From Candidatus Peribacteria bacterium (GTDB taxonomy: Bacteria; Patescibacteriota; Gracilibacteria; Peribacterales; Peribacteraceae): 64,000 nucleotides of DNA. The position numbers were made by a program, and so were the translations under genes. The notes under the pieces were generated by a model. The model ran no database searches. It had not been told where the DNA came from and saw nothing but the letters and a program-made list of their open reading frames with translations. Positions within the stretch are counted from its first letter, which is position 1; every line of letters begins with the position of its first letter. Shown piece by piece: positions 53,519-63,720 of the stretch. The stretch covers positions 192,001 through 256,000 of the forward strand of contig JBEPVF010000002.1 in NCBI GenBank assembly GCA_041691135.1, in the 5' to 3' direction.

Positions 53519-55945
53519 ATGCAAAAAACAGACACACACATCGATGACACCCTCCCTGTCGAACAACTGCTCAAAAATCTTGGGACGAGTGCGGAGGGCC
53601 TGACCGGTGTAGATGTTCAGGGGCGTCTGCTGACGTACGGATACAATGAAATATCCGAGCACAGGCCCAGCGCTTTGCTCAAGTTACTGTCATTCTTTTG
53701 GGGACCGATTGCCTGGATGATTGAAGTCGCCTGCATTCTCTCGGGACTGCTTCGTCATTGGACAGACTTCGGCATCATTGCCTGTCTATTGGTCATGAAC
53801 GCGCTCGTTGGATTTTGGGAGGAGTACCACGCCGAGGATGCCATCAGTACTCTGAAGAATACATTGGCACCGACAGCGAGAGTGAAAAGACATGGAACAT
53901 GGATGGTAATTCCCCGCCGAGAGTTGGTGCCCGGGGATATGATTCGCGTGCGGATCGGAGATATCGTCCCGGCCGATGCGAAATTGATGGACTGCGATCC
54001 CATCGAAGTTGACCAGTCAATGCTGACCGGCGAGTCCCTGCCGGTGATGCGCAAAGCAGGAGATGTCATCTACTCGAGTTCGATCATCCGCCGAGGCGAA
54101 ATCGACGGCATCGTCTTTGCCACGGGTACTCACACAAATTTCGGACGTGTAGTGCAACTGGTTTCCGCCACGACTGGCACGAGCCATTTTCAGAAAGAAA
54201 TGTTGCGCATCGGCAACTTCTTGATGCTGATCGCAACCATATTGGCGTGTCTGCTAGTTACCGTCGGCTTGTTCAGGCAAGAATCGCTTCTTACCAATAT
54301 TCAGTTTGCTCTTATATTGGCAATCGCAGCCATACCGGCAGCAATGCCTGCCGTGCTGACGATCACGATGGCACTTGGCGCTCGTCTGCTTGCGGCCAAG
54401 AAGGCCATTGTCACAAAGCTCGAAAGCATCCATGAACTGGCCGGAATGGATGTCCTCTGCTGCGATAAAACCGGCACTCTCACGCAGAACAATCTGAAAG
54501 TAGAAGAAAGTATTCCACTCTCCAATCATACGAAACAGGAGGTGTTGCTTTTCGCGCAGCTCGCTTCGCGGAGCGAAGACCACGATCCGATTGATACGGC
54601 TGTTAGCCGCGAAGGTGACGGAGCTTCAAATCATGCGTATACGGTGTTGCATTTCACCCCGTTCGATCCTGTCAGCAAACGCACCGAAGCACGCGTCGCC
54701 GGACCACACGGCGAACAGCAAGTGAGCAAAGGATCCGTTCCGGTGATTCTGGCGTTGTGCCAGTCCGCAGATACGCAGCGGCAACAGGCTGACCGAAAGG
54801 AAATCGAACTGGCAGCGCGCGGGCTGCGGTCGCTCGGCGTTGCGATAACCGATGCGGAGGGCGTATGGCACTTCGTTGGCATCCTCGCTCTCTCGGATCC
54901 GCCACGAACCGATGCAAAAGAACTGCTGACCGATGCGCATCACATGGGCATTGCCATTAAAATGATCACCGGCGATCAGCTGCCGATTGCACGCGAAATG
55001 GCCAAACGACTTTCGCTCGGCAACAACATTATGGACGCATCGTTGTTCGAGAACACTTCTCACTATCGCATCGGACAACTGGAAGACGAGATCGAAAATG
55101 CCGACGGATTCGCCAAGGCCTTTCCCGATCATAAATATTTCATAGTCGAATCTCTGCAAAAACACGGACATGTTGTGGGTATGACCGGCGACGGCGTGAA
55201 TGATGCTCCGGCGCTGCATAAGGCGGATGTCGGTATCGCCGTGCATGGAGCGCTGGATGCCGCCCGCAGCGCAGCGGATATCGTGCTGCTTGCGCCCGGC
55301 CTTTCGGTCATTATCGATGCCATCAAAGAAAGCCGGCGTATCTTCAATCGCATGACCAGCTACGCCATCTACAGAATCGCCGAGACGATCCGCCTGCTCC
55401 TGTTCATCACATTGTCGGTGCTGGTCTTCCATTTTTATCCGGTCACGGCCGTGATGGTCATCCTGCTTGCACTCTTGAATGACGGCGCAATCCTTTCTAT
55501 TGCATTTGATTCGACGGACGTCGGTACCAAACCGCAACGATGGAACATGCGCACCATATTAACCGTGTCGACCGCTCTTGGCGGCATCGGTGTCGTATCT
55601 TCTTTTCTCCTCTTCTATCTTTCGGAAAACGTATTCACTTTGCCACAGGATCTTATCCAAACATTGGTGTATCTTAAGTTATCGGTTGCTGGCCACCTCA
55701 TGATCTTTCATACCCGGACAAGAGGCAGCATGTTCAGCAGCCGGCCGGCGTTCATTCTTCTCTTCGCCACTCTTTCGACACAAATAATCGCAACGCTGAT
55801 CGCAGTCTACGGCGTGTTCGTCGCACCAATTGGATGGAAGCTCGCCGGTTTCATTTGGCTCTACGCCATCGCATGGATACCGGCAAACGAAATCATAAAA
55901 AGATTTGCGTATCGTATTGTCGATCCCGACTACACACTTTCGTAG
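53519..55945 (+). CDS. Plasma-membrane proton-efflux P-type ATPase (type IIIA)
   Basis: FFWGPIAWMIE, LTGESLP, DKTGTLT, PFDPVSKRT, MTGDGVNDAPAL, YAIYRIAETI, LLNDG. Confidence 0.92.
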   Translation: MQKTDTHIDDTLPVEQLLKNLGTSAEGLTGVDVQGRLLTYGYNEISEHRPSALLKLLSFFWGPIAWMIEVACILSGLLRHWTDFGIIACLLVMNALVGFWEEYHAEDAISTLKNTLAPTARVKRHGTWMVIPRRELVPGDMIRVRIGDIVPADAKLMDCDPIEVDQSMLTGESLPVMRKAGDVIYSSSIIRRGEIDGIVFATGTHTNFGRVVQLVSATTGTSHFQKEMLRIGNFLMLIATILACLLVTVGLFRQESLLTNIQFALILAIAAIPAAMPAVLTITMALGARLLAAKKAIVTKLESIHELAGMDVLCCDKTGTLTQNNLKVEESIPLSNHTKQEVLLFAQLASRSEDHDPIDTAVSREGDGASNHAYTVLHFTPFDPVSKRTEARVAGPHGEQQVSKGSVPVILALCQSADTQRQQADRKEIELAARGLRSLGVAITDAEGVWHFVGILALSDPPRTDAKELLTDAHHMGIAIKMITGDQLPIAREMAKRLSLGNNIMDASLFENTSHYRIGQLEDEIENADGFAKAFPDHKYFIVESLQKHGHVVGMTGDGVNDAPALHKADVGIAVHGALDAARSAADIVLLAPGLSVIIDAIKESRRIFNRMTSYAIYRIAETIRLLLFITLSVLVFHFYPVTAVMVILLALLNDGAILSIAFDSTDVGTKPQRWNMRTILTVSTALGGIGVVSSFLLFYLSENVFTLPQDLIQTLVYLKLSVAGHLMIFHTRTRGSMFSSRPAFILLFATLSTQIIATLIAVYGVFVAPIGWKLAGFIWLYAIAWIPANEIIKRFAYRIVDPDYTLS

Positions 55946-56001
55946 AAGCGGAATTTTCTTTTTTCGTACCCACTTAAGAATGGTTTTTTAGCCGATCAAT
56001 C

Positions 56002-56961
56002 TTATAACATATCATGAATCTTCACTCTGATGGGAGCACGATCAACATCCGATGTAAGTGGATTATGTCCGCAATTTACGCCAACCGCCCCCTTGTCCGG
56101 CAAGAAAACGCTGACGTGTTGGACGCCTCGGGAACGAAGAATGCCTGCCACTCTGCCCAGCTCATCATTGGGAACAGGTTGTATCCGCTGGTCCACTGGT
56201 TCATCGACAGAGACAACTTTGATGCAGCGAGTTTGAGGACTTTCGAGTGCAAAATCGGCAGCTTCATGAATGGTTGCATCATCGTACATCCCTTTCGCGA
56301 GCAGGAGCGTGTATTTCACCGGCGACTGCGACGCCTCGGCGAATGCATCACAAAGAGGTGCCATCTCGGCGCGCTTCGCCATTTGAGGTACCAAATCGGG
56401 CGTGAAGACGCCGCTGTTCTGCATGGTCAAAAAGCCGGGCCGGAGATTTCCCGACACCTGTGTTTTTGTCAGTTGCTGCACAAGTTTTTTGGAACCCGTT
56501 GTCGAAAAAACGAGTGAACTCACTTGAGGGTTTTTCAACTTTTCCAAAACGCGCGCCGTTTCGCATACTTCCTCCACCGCATCACCTGCATCGCCGGCAC
56601 CAAAATAAGCGACGTGATGTTCGGCACCATTAGCCAGTTCTGTGGATCTTACTTCTCTAGAAAGGAGAGCTTGATGGACCATCTCTTGAGCAGTGCAACG
56701 CCGATACGGTGGGGGGCTAAGCTGATCCTTCCAAGCATCACGGGCACTTTCGCAAATCAGAGCGCAGTTGCGTGCGCACCTGCTGTTGACCGCAATGGAA
56801 AGATTCGAATCTATTCTCAAGACTCCATTACGACGTGTGTAAAAATCCGACGCACTGATAGTCTGGCCATCCTCGGTCGGTATCTCGTAGCGATGCATTC
56901 TTCCATCCATAAAAATTTGGACGGATGGCTCGCGATGTTGAAGAATGTCGAGAGAACCCAT
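56002..56961 (-). CDS. Highly divergent RlmN/Cfr-like radical SAM protein
   Basis: CARNCALIC cluster motif, AQEMVHQ, YFGAGDAG, FSTTG, YTLL, C-terminal NCGH. Confidence 0.6.
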   Translation of the reverse strand: MGSLDILQHREPSVQIFMDGRMHRYEIPTEDGQTISASDFYTRRNGVLRIDSNLSIAVNSRCARNCALICESARDAWKDQLSPPPYRRCTAQEMVHQALLSREVRSTELANGAEHHVAYFGAGDAGDAVEEVCETARVLEKLKNPQVSSLVFSTTGSKKLVQQLTKTQVSGNLRPGFLTMQNSGVFTPDLVPQMAKRAEMAPLCDAFAEASQSPVKYTLLLAKGMYDDATIHEAADFALESPQTRCIKVVSVDEPVDQRIQPVPNDELGRVAGILRSRGVQHVSVFLPDKGAVGVNCGHNPLTSDVDRAPIRVKIHDML

Positions 56962-57122
56962 AGGAAGTAGTGCACGATACTGCGCTGAGGATTTTATATC
57001 AATCCACTATTAGCACAATTACAGAAGCTAACTCGAAAGCTGTAATATGGTTCAAACTGCACATCGTAGATCACTCGGTATGCAATCTTTCTTTGCTTTG
57101 TAGTTCCACTATTTTTGAATTG

Positions 57123-57488
57123 TCACTTCGGTATGTCGCTTCTACAGCTATTTCTATTGTCCGCATCTTGAATACCATCACATATAGTAGGATCTTTTAA
57201 GACTCGAGCTGTCTCGAAGAGACAGGTCAGTTTCAGGGATTCTGCGTCTGGACCCATAAAGTCGAAGCGTGAAATCCTGATTTTACTACATTCTTGCGGA
57301 TCATGTTTTGATACGGCGATACGGACAACGTCATCCACGCCAGTCATTCCAGTGGTAATGAGGTAATACCCTTTATTGCTATTTTGAATAATCTTCTTGA
57401 TGCCCCAGGAAATCGACCAGCTAATTAGAGAAATGATAAATAATATACATATGAAACGCAGACCTAGATTTTTTTCTGATTTAAACAT
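57123..57488 (-). CDS. Membrane-anchored small Cys-repeat hypothetical protein
   Basis: TM helix; DPQEC.KI...C...DPTICD.I......C. AT-rich. Confidence 0.65.
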   Translation of the reverse strand: MFKSEKNLGLRFICILFIISLISWSISWGIKKIIQNSNKGYYLITTGMTGVDDVVRIAVSKHDPQECSKIRISRFDFMGPDAESLKLTCLFETARVLKDPTICDGIQDADNRNSCRSDIPK

Positions 57489-57572
57489 TAATGGAAATAT
57501 AGAGGATTTACTCTACGAGGCAACATTACTATCCGTAGATAGTATTTTATTATTTCTGTAAAAATTAGTATT

Positions 57573-57659
57573 TGGTGCCGTGGAGAAGACTCGAACTTCC
57601 ACAACCTTGCGGTTACACGCCCCTCAAGCGTGCGCGTCTACCAATTTCGCCACCACGGC
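57573..57659 (-). tRNA. tRNA-Leu(GAG)
   Basis: GCCGTGG acceptor stem, TGGTAGAC D-loop, CACGC-TTGAGGG-GCGTG anticodon arm, long variable arm, GTTCGAGTC, CCA end. Confidence 0.96.
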
Positions 57660-57706
57660 AAATAGTGAGCTGGCAGAGTGTATCAATATCCACTGCCGAG
57701 CAAAAG

Positions 57707-59020
57707 CTACTTTAAGAGTTTTAGAAGCCCTTGTTTGGCTGTATCGGGAATAGTGAGCGTTTCGACAAAATCAGCCAGATGCCGCTTGGTCACCTTCTCC
57801 CCTCGGGTCAGCTCTTTCAATTTCTCGTATGCGCCCTTCACGCCATGCTTGCGCAGAACCGTTTGAATCGCCTCGGCGTAAACTTCGGGATGCAGATCGA
57901 GTTCCTGTTGAATCATTTTTTTGTTCACACTGAGCTTCTTAAGACCACGTTCGAGTGAGCGCAGAGCCAAGAGATGATAACCGAACGCCGTGCCAATGCT
58001 GCGTTGGACGGTGGAATCGCTCAGATCCCGCTGCAGACGACTGACCGGGAGTTTTTCGGCGAAGTGGGCGAACAGTGCATTACTCAGCCCTACATTCCCC
58101 TCAGCATTCTCGAAATCGATCGGATTCACTTTGTGCGGCATGGTGGAGGAACCGACTTCGCCGGCAATTACTTTTTGTCCGAACACGCCGCGCGAGATGT
58201 ACATCCATATATCGCGGCTGAAATCGAGCAGGATCGTGTTGATGCGGATGAATAGATGACTCAGTTCAGCGAGGTCGTCATGCGGATTTATTTGCGTCGA
58301 GACGGTGAGTGGATCGAGGCCGAGTGACGAGACGAAATTTTTGCGGAACGCTTCCCAGTTCACCGATGGATATGCAACGAGGTGCGCTGAAAAATTCCCG
58401 ACTGCGCCTCCCAGCTTTCCCTGCATCTTCCAACTTTTGAATGACTTCAACTGGCGATCCAGTCGCGTCGTAAATACTTCTATTTCTTTGCCAAGTGTTG
58501 TCGGCGTTGCCGGTTGTCCATGCGTCAGGCTCAACAGCGAAATCTTGGCCGTAGATTTTGCGAGTGCGTTCAATTCTTTTTGAAGCATTTGAAGAGACGG
58601 CATCAGCACTAACCGCAATGCATCGGAAATCAAAACACCGTATGCCAGATTGTTCACATCCTCGCTGGTGAGAGCGAAGTGGATGAACTCGCTGTGCTGC
58701 GCCAGACCGCTGATCTTCTCCACTTTTTTCTTCAAAAAATATTCCACCGCCTTCACATCGTGCTTGGTCGTCTTTTCGATATCTTTAATTTCCTGGGCAT
58801 CCTTCGCATCAAAATCTTTCACGATTTTCCAGAGTGCTTCAATCTGCTTTTGATTGAACGGAGGCAATTCAGGAACTTTGGCTTCTTGGCTCAGCGCAAC
58901 GAAGTAACTCACTTCGATCAGCACACGTGCTCGGATGAGCGCTTCTTCGCTGAAGTAGCCCCGCAGCACCTCGACATCCTTTTCGTAGCGACCGTCGAGA
59001 GGGCTTAAGGCTTGAAGCAT
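57707..59020 (-). CDS. purB: Adenylosuccinate lyase
   Basis: ALSPLDGRY, HDVKAVEY, TSEDVNN, THGQPATPTT, GSSTMPHKVNPIDFEN.EGN. Confidence 0.96.
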   Translation of the reverse strand: MLQALSPLDGRYEKDVEVLRGYFSEEALIRARVLIEVSYFVALSQEAKVPELPPFNQKQIEALWKIVKDFDAKDAQEIKDIEKTTKHDVKAVEYFLKKKVEKISGLAQHSEFIHFALTSEDVNNLAYGVLISDALRLVLMPSLQMLQKELNALAKSTAKISLLSLTHGQPATPTTLGKEIEVFTTRLDRQLKSFKSWKMQGKLGGAVGNFSAHLVAYPSVNWEAFRKNFVSSLGLDPLTVSTQINPHDDLAELSHLFIRINTILLDFSRDIWMYISRGVFGQKVIAGEVGSSTMPHKVNPIDFENAEGNVGLSNALFAHFAEKLPVSRLQRDLSDSTVQRSIGTAFGYHLLALRSLERGLKKLSVNKKMIQQELDLHPEVYAEAIQTVLRKHGVKGAYEKLKELTRGEKVTKRHLADFVETLTIPDTAKQGLLKLLK

Positions 59021-59170
59021 TGGAATGCAGTGTAGCAATGTAAAGGATACTTGACAAGTAAAACATTTATGGGAAAATAATTATGTGGTGAGACCTATCG
59101 TTGGTCTTGATCGAACGTCGATCGGCGTCTCGCTGCATAGACGGGATGCTGATCTTTGGGAGACTGCAAC

Positions 59171-59482
59171 ATGTGGAAGCTCCAGCGGAATGAAAACGGC
59201 CAGAAATTATACTCCTGGTCGTACTTCTTTTTTGTAGCGGCCACAATGATGCTGGCCTTGGGCATCGGACTTGCCATGACAAGCGAGAAGAGAACGGAAC
59301 AGACGGAGAACCGGGCGTACAGGATTCTCCGCGAATACGATGTTCAGCGCGCGGAAAAGGAATTTCCGCGGGCAGCAGAACGCGCTAAACGACCGGCTGT
59401 CCGACCCTCGACCAAGAAACAACATCCTGTCGCCCCTCCCCCGCCACTCGGCGGGGGAGGGGCGGTTTTGTATCTTGCGTGA
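59171..59482 (+). CDS. Hypothetical single-TM protein
   Basis: GGAG SD upstream; one TM helix; 3' end runs through a hairpin. Confidence 0.5.
   Translation: MWKLQRNENGQKLYSWSYFFFVAATMMLALGIGLAMTSEKRTEQTENRAYRILREYDVQRAEKEFPRAAERAKRPAVRPSTKKQHPVAPPPPLGGGGAVLYLA
59431..59469 (+). terminator. Strong GC hairpin with U-tract
   Basis: CGCCCCTCCCCCGCC-ACTC-GGCGGGGGAGGGGCG-GTTTT. Confidence 0.7.
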
Positions 59483-59582
59483 GCCATCTAATGAAACAAT
59501 AATCCAAAAAAATCGCTGCCAGCCGGTAAAAGAGTAGCGTGCTGATCAGTGCAGTAACATCTTTTCTCCTAGGGGAGGAACC

Positions 59583-59963
59583 ATGCGACCCATCGTATGG
59601 ATCATCATTGTTCTTTGGCCGATCGTGGCCATCGTGCTCTACCCGTTCAGTATCGTGTGGAATGTGTTCTTTGAAATAGTGAGCACAATCAGCAAACGAC
59701 TGACCCCTCGCTGGATCGCGAGACGCTTCAGCGTGATGGAACACGCGTGCATCAATGGAATCATGTGGATCGCACTCGTGATCTATCTGATCCCATCAGC
59801 ACTGTTGGCATTGGCAGCCGTTGTTGGCTACCTCGGCCTGAAGGGCATCGTCAATATCTGTCTGAGTTGGACAGGATGGCGATATACAAGCCGCATGCGA
59901 AGAACGTTACGCCGTCGACTGCACCTCCACGGCCAGCAACGGCCGAGCCCCCTCAAACAATGA
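59583..59963 (+). CDS. Hypothetical membrane protein
   Basis: GGAGG SD upstream; 2-3 TM helices; basic tail. Confidence 0.6.
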   Translation: MRPIVWIIIVLWPIVAIVLYPFSIVWNVFFEIVSTISKRLTPRWIARRFSVMEHACINGIMWIALVIYLIPSALLALAAVVGYLGLKGIVNICLSWTGWRYTSRMRRTLRRRLHLHGQQRPSPLKQ

Positions 59964-59970
59964 GGGGGCT
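59946..59970. terminator. Hairpin between convergent genes
   Basis: AGCCCCCTCA-AACAA-TGAGGGGGCT. Confidence 0.6.
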
Positions 59971-60021
59971 GATTTACTTATATTCGCGCGAAGCCTCGCG
60001 CTCTGCAGATAACATTGATGA

Positions 60022-61920
60022 TCACACTTGTTCCTTCTTTGCTTCCTCTTTCTTCTTCGCCACTTTGGCCATCGGTTTGCCTTCGAATATTTCGAGGAAC
60101 TCTTCCACGCTCACCGTCTCTTTCTTCATCAGCAACTCAACCACTTCGTCGAGCTTCTTGCGATTCTTGAGCAACATGCCCTTGGCACGCTCGTACTGCT
60201 CACGCACTGTGGTGCGCACCCAGTCATCGATCGATTTGGCCATGTCTTCGGAATAGTTGCGCGAGAGTGACGGATCGATGCCGGCGAGGGCGGATCCCTG
60301 GCGCTCACCGTAGGCAACGATGCCGAGTTCATCGCTGGCCATGCCGTAGCGCATCGCCATGCCGCGGGCGATTGCCGAAGCGCGTTCGATATCATTGGAT
60401 GCACCGGTGGTGATTTCGCTGAAGACGATTTCTTCGGCTGCGCGACCGCCGAGCAGGCCGCAGATTTCATCCAAGAATTTACTCTTCGAGGTGGTGTACT
60501 GATCTTCCTGAGGAAGGAACCACGTCACACCCAGCGCCGATCCGCGCGAGACGATCGAGATCTTGTGGAGCGGATCGCTCTTGGGACACAGGTGCCCGAC
60601 GATGGCGTGGCCGACTTCGTGGTAGGCGGTGATGTCTTTCTCATGCTGATTGAGTTTGCGAGATTTGCGTTCGCCGCCGATGGTGATCTTTTCGACGCTG
60701 TCGACCAAATCGATCTGAGCGACGGTCGTGTGCTTGCGTTTGGCCGCGAAGATCGCCGCCTCGTTCATCAGGTTTTCCAAGTCCGCGCCAGTGAGGCCTA
60801 CTGTCTGCTTGGCGATGTCTTCGAGTTTCACATCTTTGCCGAGCTTCTTGTTGCGCGCATGTACTTCGAGAATTTTGAGACGTGCGTTCAGGTCCGGCTT
60901 GTCGATGAAAATGCGACGATCGAATCGACCCGGACGGAGCAGCGCTACGTCCAGCACATCCGGACGGTTGGTGGCGGCCATCACGATCACGTTGGTCTCC
61001 TGCTCGAAGCCATCCATCTCGGTGAGAATCTGATTAAGAGTCTGCTCGCGCTCATCGTGTCCGCCGCCAAATCCGGCTCCGCCGCGCTGGCGTCCCACGG
61101 CATCGATTTCGTCGATGAAGATGATGCACGGTGCATTGCGCTTGGCCTTGGTAAACAGATCACGCACACGGCTGGCGCCCACGCCGACGAACATTTCGAC
61201 GAACTCGGAACCGGCAATGGCGAAGAAGGGCACTCCGGCTTCGCCCGCTACGGCGCGCGCGAGGAGCGTTTTACCCGTTCCCGGTGAACCGACGAGCAGC
61301 ACGCCTTTGGGGATTTTGGCACCAATGGATGTGTACTTTTTGGGATTCTTGAGAAAGTCGACGACCTCGACCAGATCTTCTTTGGCTTCATCCGCGCCGG
61401 CCACGTCCGTAAAGCGCGTCTTCACCTGCTTGGCATCGGCAACGCGCGCACGTGATTTACCGAATGAGAGCGCAGTGGATTGACTGCGTGCAATGCCGCG
61501 AAACAGCCAGATCACTCCCGTAATAATAAGGAGGAAGAAGATGAGATCCGGCAGAATCTGATAGAACATGTTCGTCGCTTCGCGATCTTCCACTTCCACA
61601 ACCGTCACATTCTTCGGATCGTTCCAGCCGAGCTGGCTCACCGTTTCTCCCTCCTCTTTGTACGACTGCAATATTTCTCCATCTTTGGCCGTGGCATAGA
61701 CTTTATTGGTCCGAATGAGGATCTTCTGAAACTTGTTCTGCGCGTAACCTTGGGTGATGGCGCTGATCGGCACCTGTTTGGCAGATGCGAACTGCTGCTC
61801 TTTTTCGCGTTCCGGATTGGTGAGGAACATGAAAGAAAGCAGGACTAGCGTGCAAATAAGGAGCATGGTCCAAAGCCATTGCTGACGATTTCGTTGGGGT
61901 GATTTGTAGGGGCTATTCAT
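60022..61920 (-). CDS. ftsH: ATP-dependent zinc metalloprotease FtsH
   Basis: Two TM helices; [32 protein letters not shown]. Confidence 0.97.
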   Translation of the reverse strand: MNSPYKSPQRNRQQWLWTMLLICTLVLLSFMFLTNPEREKEQQFASAKQVPISAITQGYAQNKFQKILIRTNKVYATAKDGEILQSYKEEGETVSQLGWNDPKNVTVVEVEDREATNMFYQILPDLIFFLLIITGVIWLFRGIARSQSTALSFGKSRARVADAKQVKTRFTDVAGADEAKEDLVEVVDFLKNPKKYTSIGAKIPKGVLLVGSPGTGKTLLARAVAGEAGVPFFAIAGSEFVEMFVGVGASRVRDLFTKAKRNAPCIIFIDEIDAVGRQRGGAGFGGGHDEREQTLNQILTEMDGFEQETNVIVMAATNRPDVLDVALLRPGRFDRRIFIDKPDLNARLKILEVHARNKKLGKDVKLEDIAKQTVGLTGADLENLMNEAAIFAAKRKHTTVAQIDLVDSVEKITIGGERKSRKLNQHEKDITAYHEVGHAIVGHLCPKSDPLHKISIVSRGSALGVTWFLPQEDQYTTSKSKFLDEICGLLGGRAAEEIVFSEITTGASNDIERASAIARGMAMRYGMASDELGIVAYGERQGSALAGIDPSLSRNYSEDMAKSIDDWVRTTVREQYERAKGMLLKNRKKLDEVVELLMKKETVSVEEFLEIFEGKPMAKVAKKKEEAKKEQV

Positions 61921-62007
61921 AGGAAAGAAGAATATCAGTTTTTTTCTAGCGGGTCACGGGGAGTGAGACGGTTTTTGAGGTGTATTCGTTACCGAAGATA
62001 AAATACA

Positions 62008-62134
62008 AAGAACCACGAGCCAAGAACCAGATAAAAACCACATACCGGCAACCGAATTCCCAAGCGGGCATCTTCGATTCCAGAGAGCAATCGCTTGAAG
62101 TTCCCCGGTTCTTGGCTCTTGGCGCTTGGTTCTT
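62008..62134. repeat. Inverted pair of degenerate 7-nt tandem repeats
   Basis: Left AAGAACC-ACGAGCC-AAGAACC; right GGTTCTT-GGCTCTT-GGCGCTT-GGTTCTT. Confidence 0.7.
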
Positions 62135-62170
62135 TCCCCCAGGCCTTCCTCTGCTCTACACTACCCCGGC

Positions 62171-63676
62171 ATGGCAACCAAACCTCTCCCCTTCTGGACG
62201 CGCGATACGTGGTGGTACCTCGGGTTCATTATCTTGCTGTCCTTCTTTACGTATTTTTATCATTACAACTATCCGCGCGCCGTATTCTGGGACGAGAACT
62301 ATCACATTGCGAGTGCGCAGAAGTACCTGCATGGCGTGTACTTTATGGAGCCGCATCCGCCGCTGGGCAAATTGCTCATCGCCGCCGGCGAGAAAATTTT
62401 TCACACGAACGCGAAGACCGATCAATTTTTGGGAACCGACTACGGCAAAGATTTCAGCGGCGTCGACTTCACCGGCTACCGTTTCTTCTCGGCATTGCTC
62501 GGCTGGCTCGCCGCTCCGCTTCTGTTCATTATTTTCCTGCTCATCACGCGGAACGGATTGCAGGCGACATTGCTGAGCTTCCTGTATGTCTTCGACAACG
62601 CGTTGATCGTCCATCTCCGCGGCGCGATGCTCGAAGGCCCGCTGGTCTTCTTTACGGCGGTGATGATACTGGCGTTCTTCCTGTTCTTCGAAGACCGCGT
62701 GCGTGACCAGCGAAAATTGCTTACGTGGGTATCGATCCTGTTCGGCGTGGCCTTTGCGTGTGTACTGACCACCAAAGTGACGGGCCTGATTATGATCCTG
62801 ATGATACCGGCCATTCTGTACCGGCTGTACCCGCGATGGGACTCCATGTTCCGCTTTCTGATCGCCGCGATTATCCCGTTCCTGATCGTATACATGGGCG
62901 TGTGGCAGATTCATTTCGCACTGGGACAGAAGATCAATCCATTGTTGCCGGACAACGGGTACTACCAGGCATCACCGGCTTACAAACAGATTTTGCAGCA
63001 AAAAAAGGCCGGATCATTGGCCGCCTTCCCGACCGAGATGATCGATTCTTGGAAGTTCGTGAGCCACTACGAACAGGGTGCGCCACGGCTGGATTTGGCC
63101 AAGGCCGATGAGAACGGCAGTCCGCCATGGTTCTGGCCGCTGGGTGCGCGAAGTATCAATTATCGATGGGAAACACCGAATTCGGAAGTGTACCGCTACC
63201 TCTATCTGCAGGTGAACCCCGCCGTGTGGTGGACCGGGGCATTGGCTGTACTGATGGCGTGCGCACTGCTGCTGTGTTCGGTGATCGCACCGCCGAAGGA
63301 AAAATTACGTCACCCGTTCCTCCTCACGTTCTTCACCGGTCTGTGGTTCGCATACATGATTGCCGTGAGCCGCATCGGTCGCGTGCTTTATCTATACCAC
63401 TATTTCACACCGCTCCTGTTCACATTCGTCATCCTGGCCCTGGTGATCATGAACATCCAACGTCTCCGTAATCTGGTCATCAAGGAAGAACATAGGACGA
63501 CGATTCTGATGATCCTCGCCGCTTTGATCTGCATTGTCTTTCAGTTCTATCGGCCCTTTACGTATTACGAACCCATCTCCGACGATCAAGTGAAGCGCCG
63601 CGCATTCTTTCCACTCTGGGAACTGACATGCGTAAGGTGCGAGAAACAGAGCGTATTTGTGGTGACAAAAAAGTAA
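62171..63676 (+). CDS. PMT/GT39 protein O-mannosyltransferase-like glycosyltransferase
   Basis: FWDENYH, HPPLGKLLIA, S.PW.WP, NPAVWW, R.LYLYHY. Confidence 0.88.
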   Translation: MATKPLPFWTRDTWWYLGFIILLSFFTYFYHYNYPRAVFWDENYHIASAQKYLHGVYFMEPHPPLGKLLIAAGEKIFHTNAKTDQFLGTDYGKDFSGVDFTGYRFFSALLGWLAAPLLFIIFLLITRNGLQATLLSFLYVFDNALIVHLRGAMLEGPLVFFTAVMILAFFLFFEDRVRDQRKLLTWVSILFGVAFACVLTTKVTGLIMILMIPAILYRLYPRWDSMFRFLIAAIIPFLIVYMGVWQIHFALGQKINPLLPDNGYYQASPAYKQILQQKKAGSLAAFPTEMIDSWKFVSHYEQGAPRLDLAKADENGSPPWFWPLGARSINYRWETPNSEVYRYLYLQVNPAVWWTGALAVLMACALLLCSVIAPPKEKLRHPFLLTFFTGLWFAYMIAVSRIGRVLYLYHYFTPLLFTFVILALVIMNIQRLRNLVIKEEHRTTILMILAALICIVFQFYRPFTYYEPISDDQVKRRAFFPLWELTCVRCEKQSVFVVTKK

Positions 63677-63720
63677 GTCCGAGAAAAGTACGAAGCTTTT
63701 TCGAATTCCAAATTTTCTCT

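Noticed and set aside
56002-57572. Integrative island at the tRNA-Leu 3' end
   Set aside because: DNA is AT-richer, but no integrase and no duplicated tRNA 3' end (att site) was found by eye.
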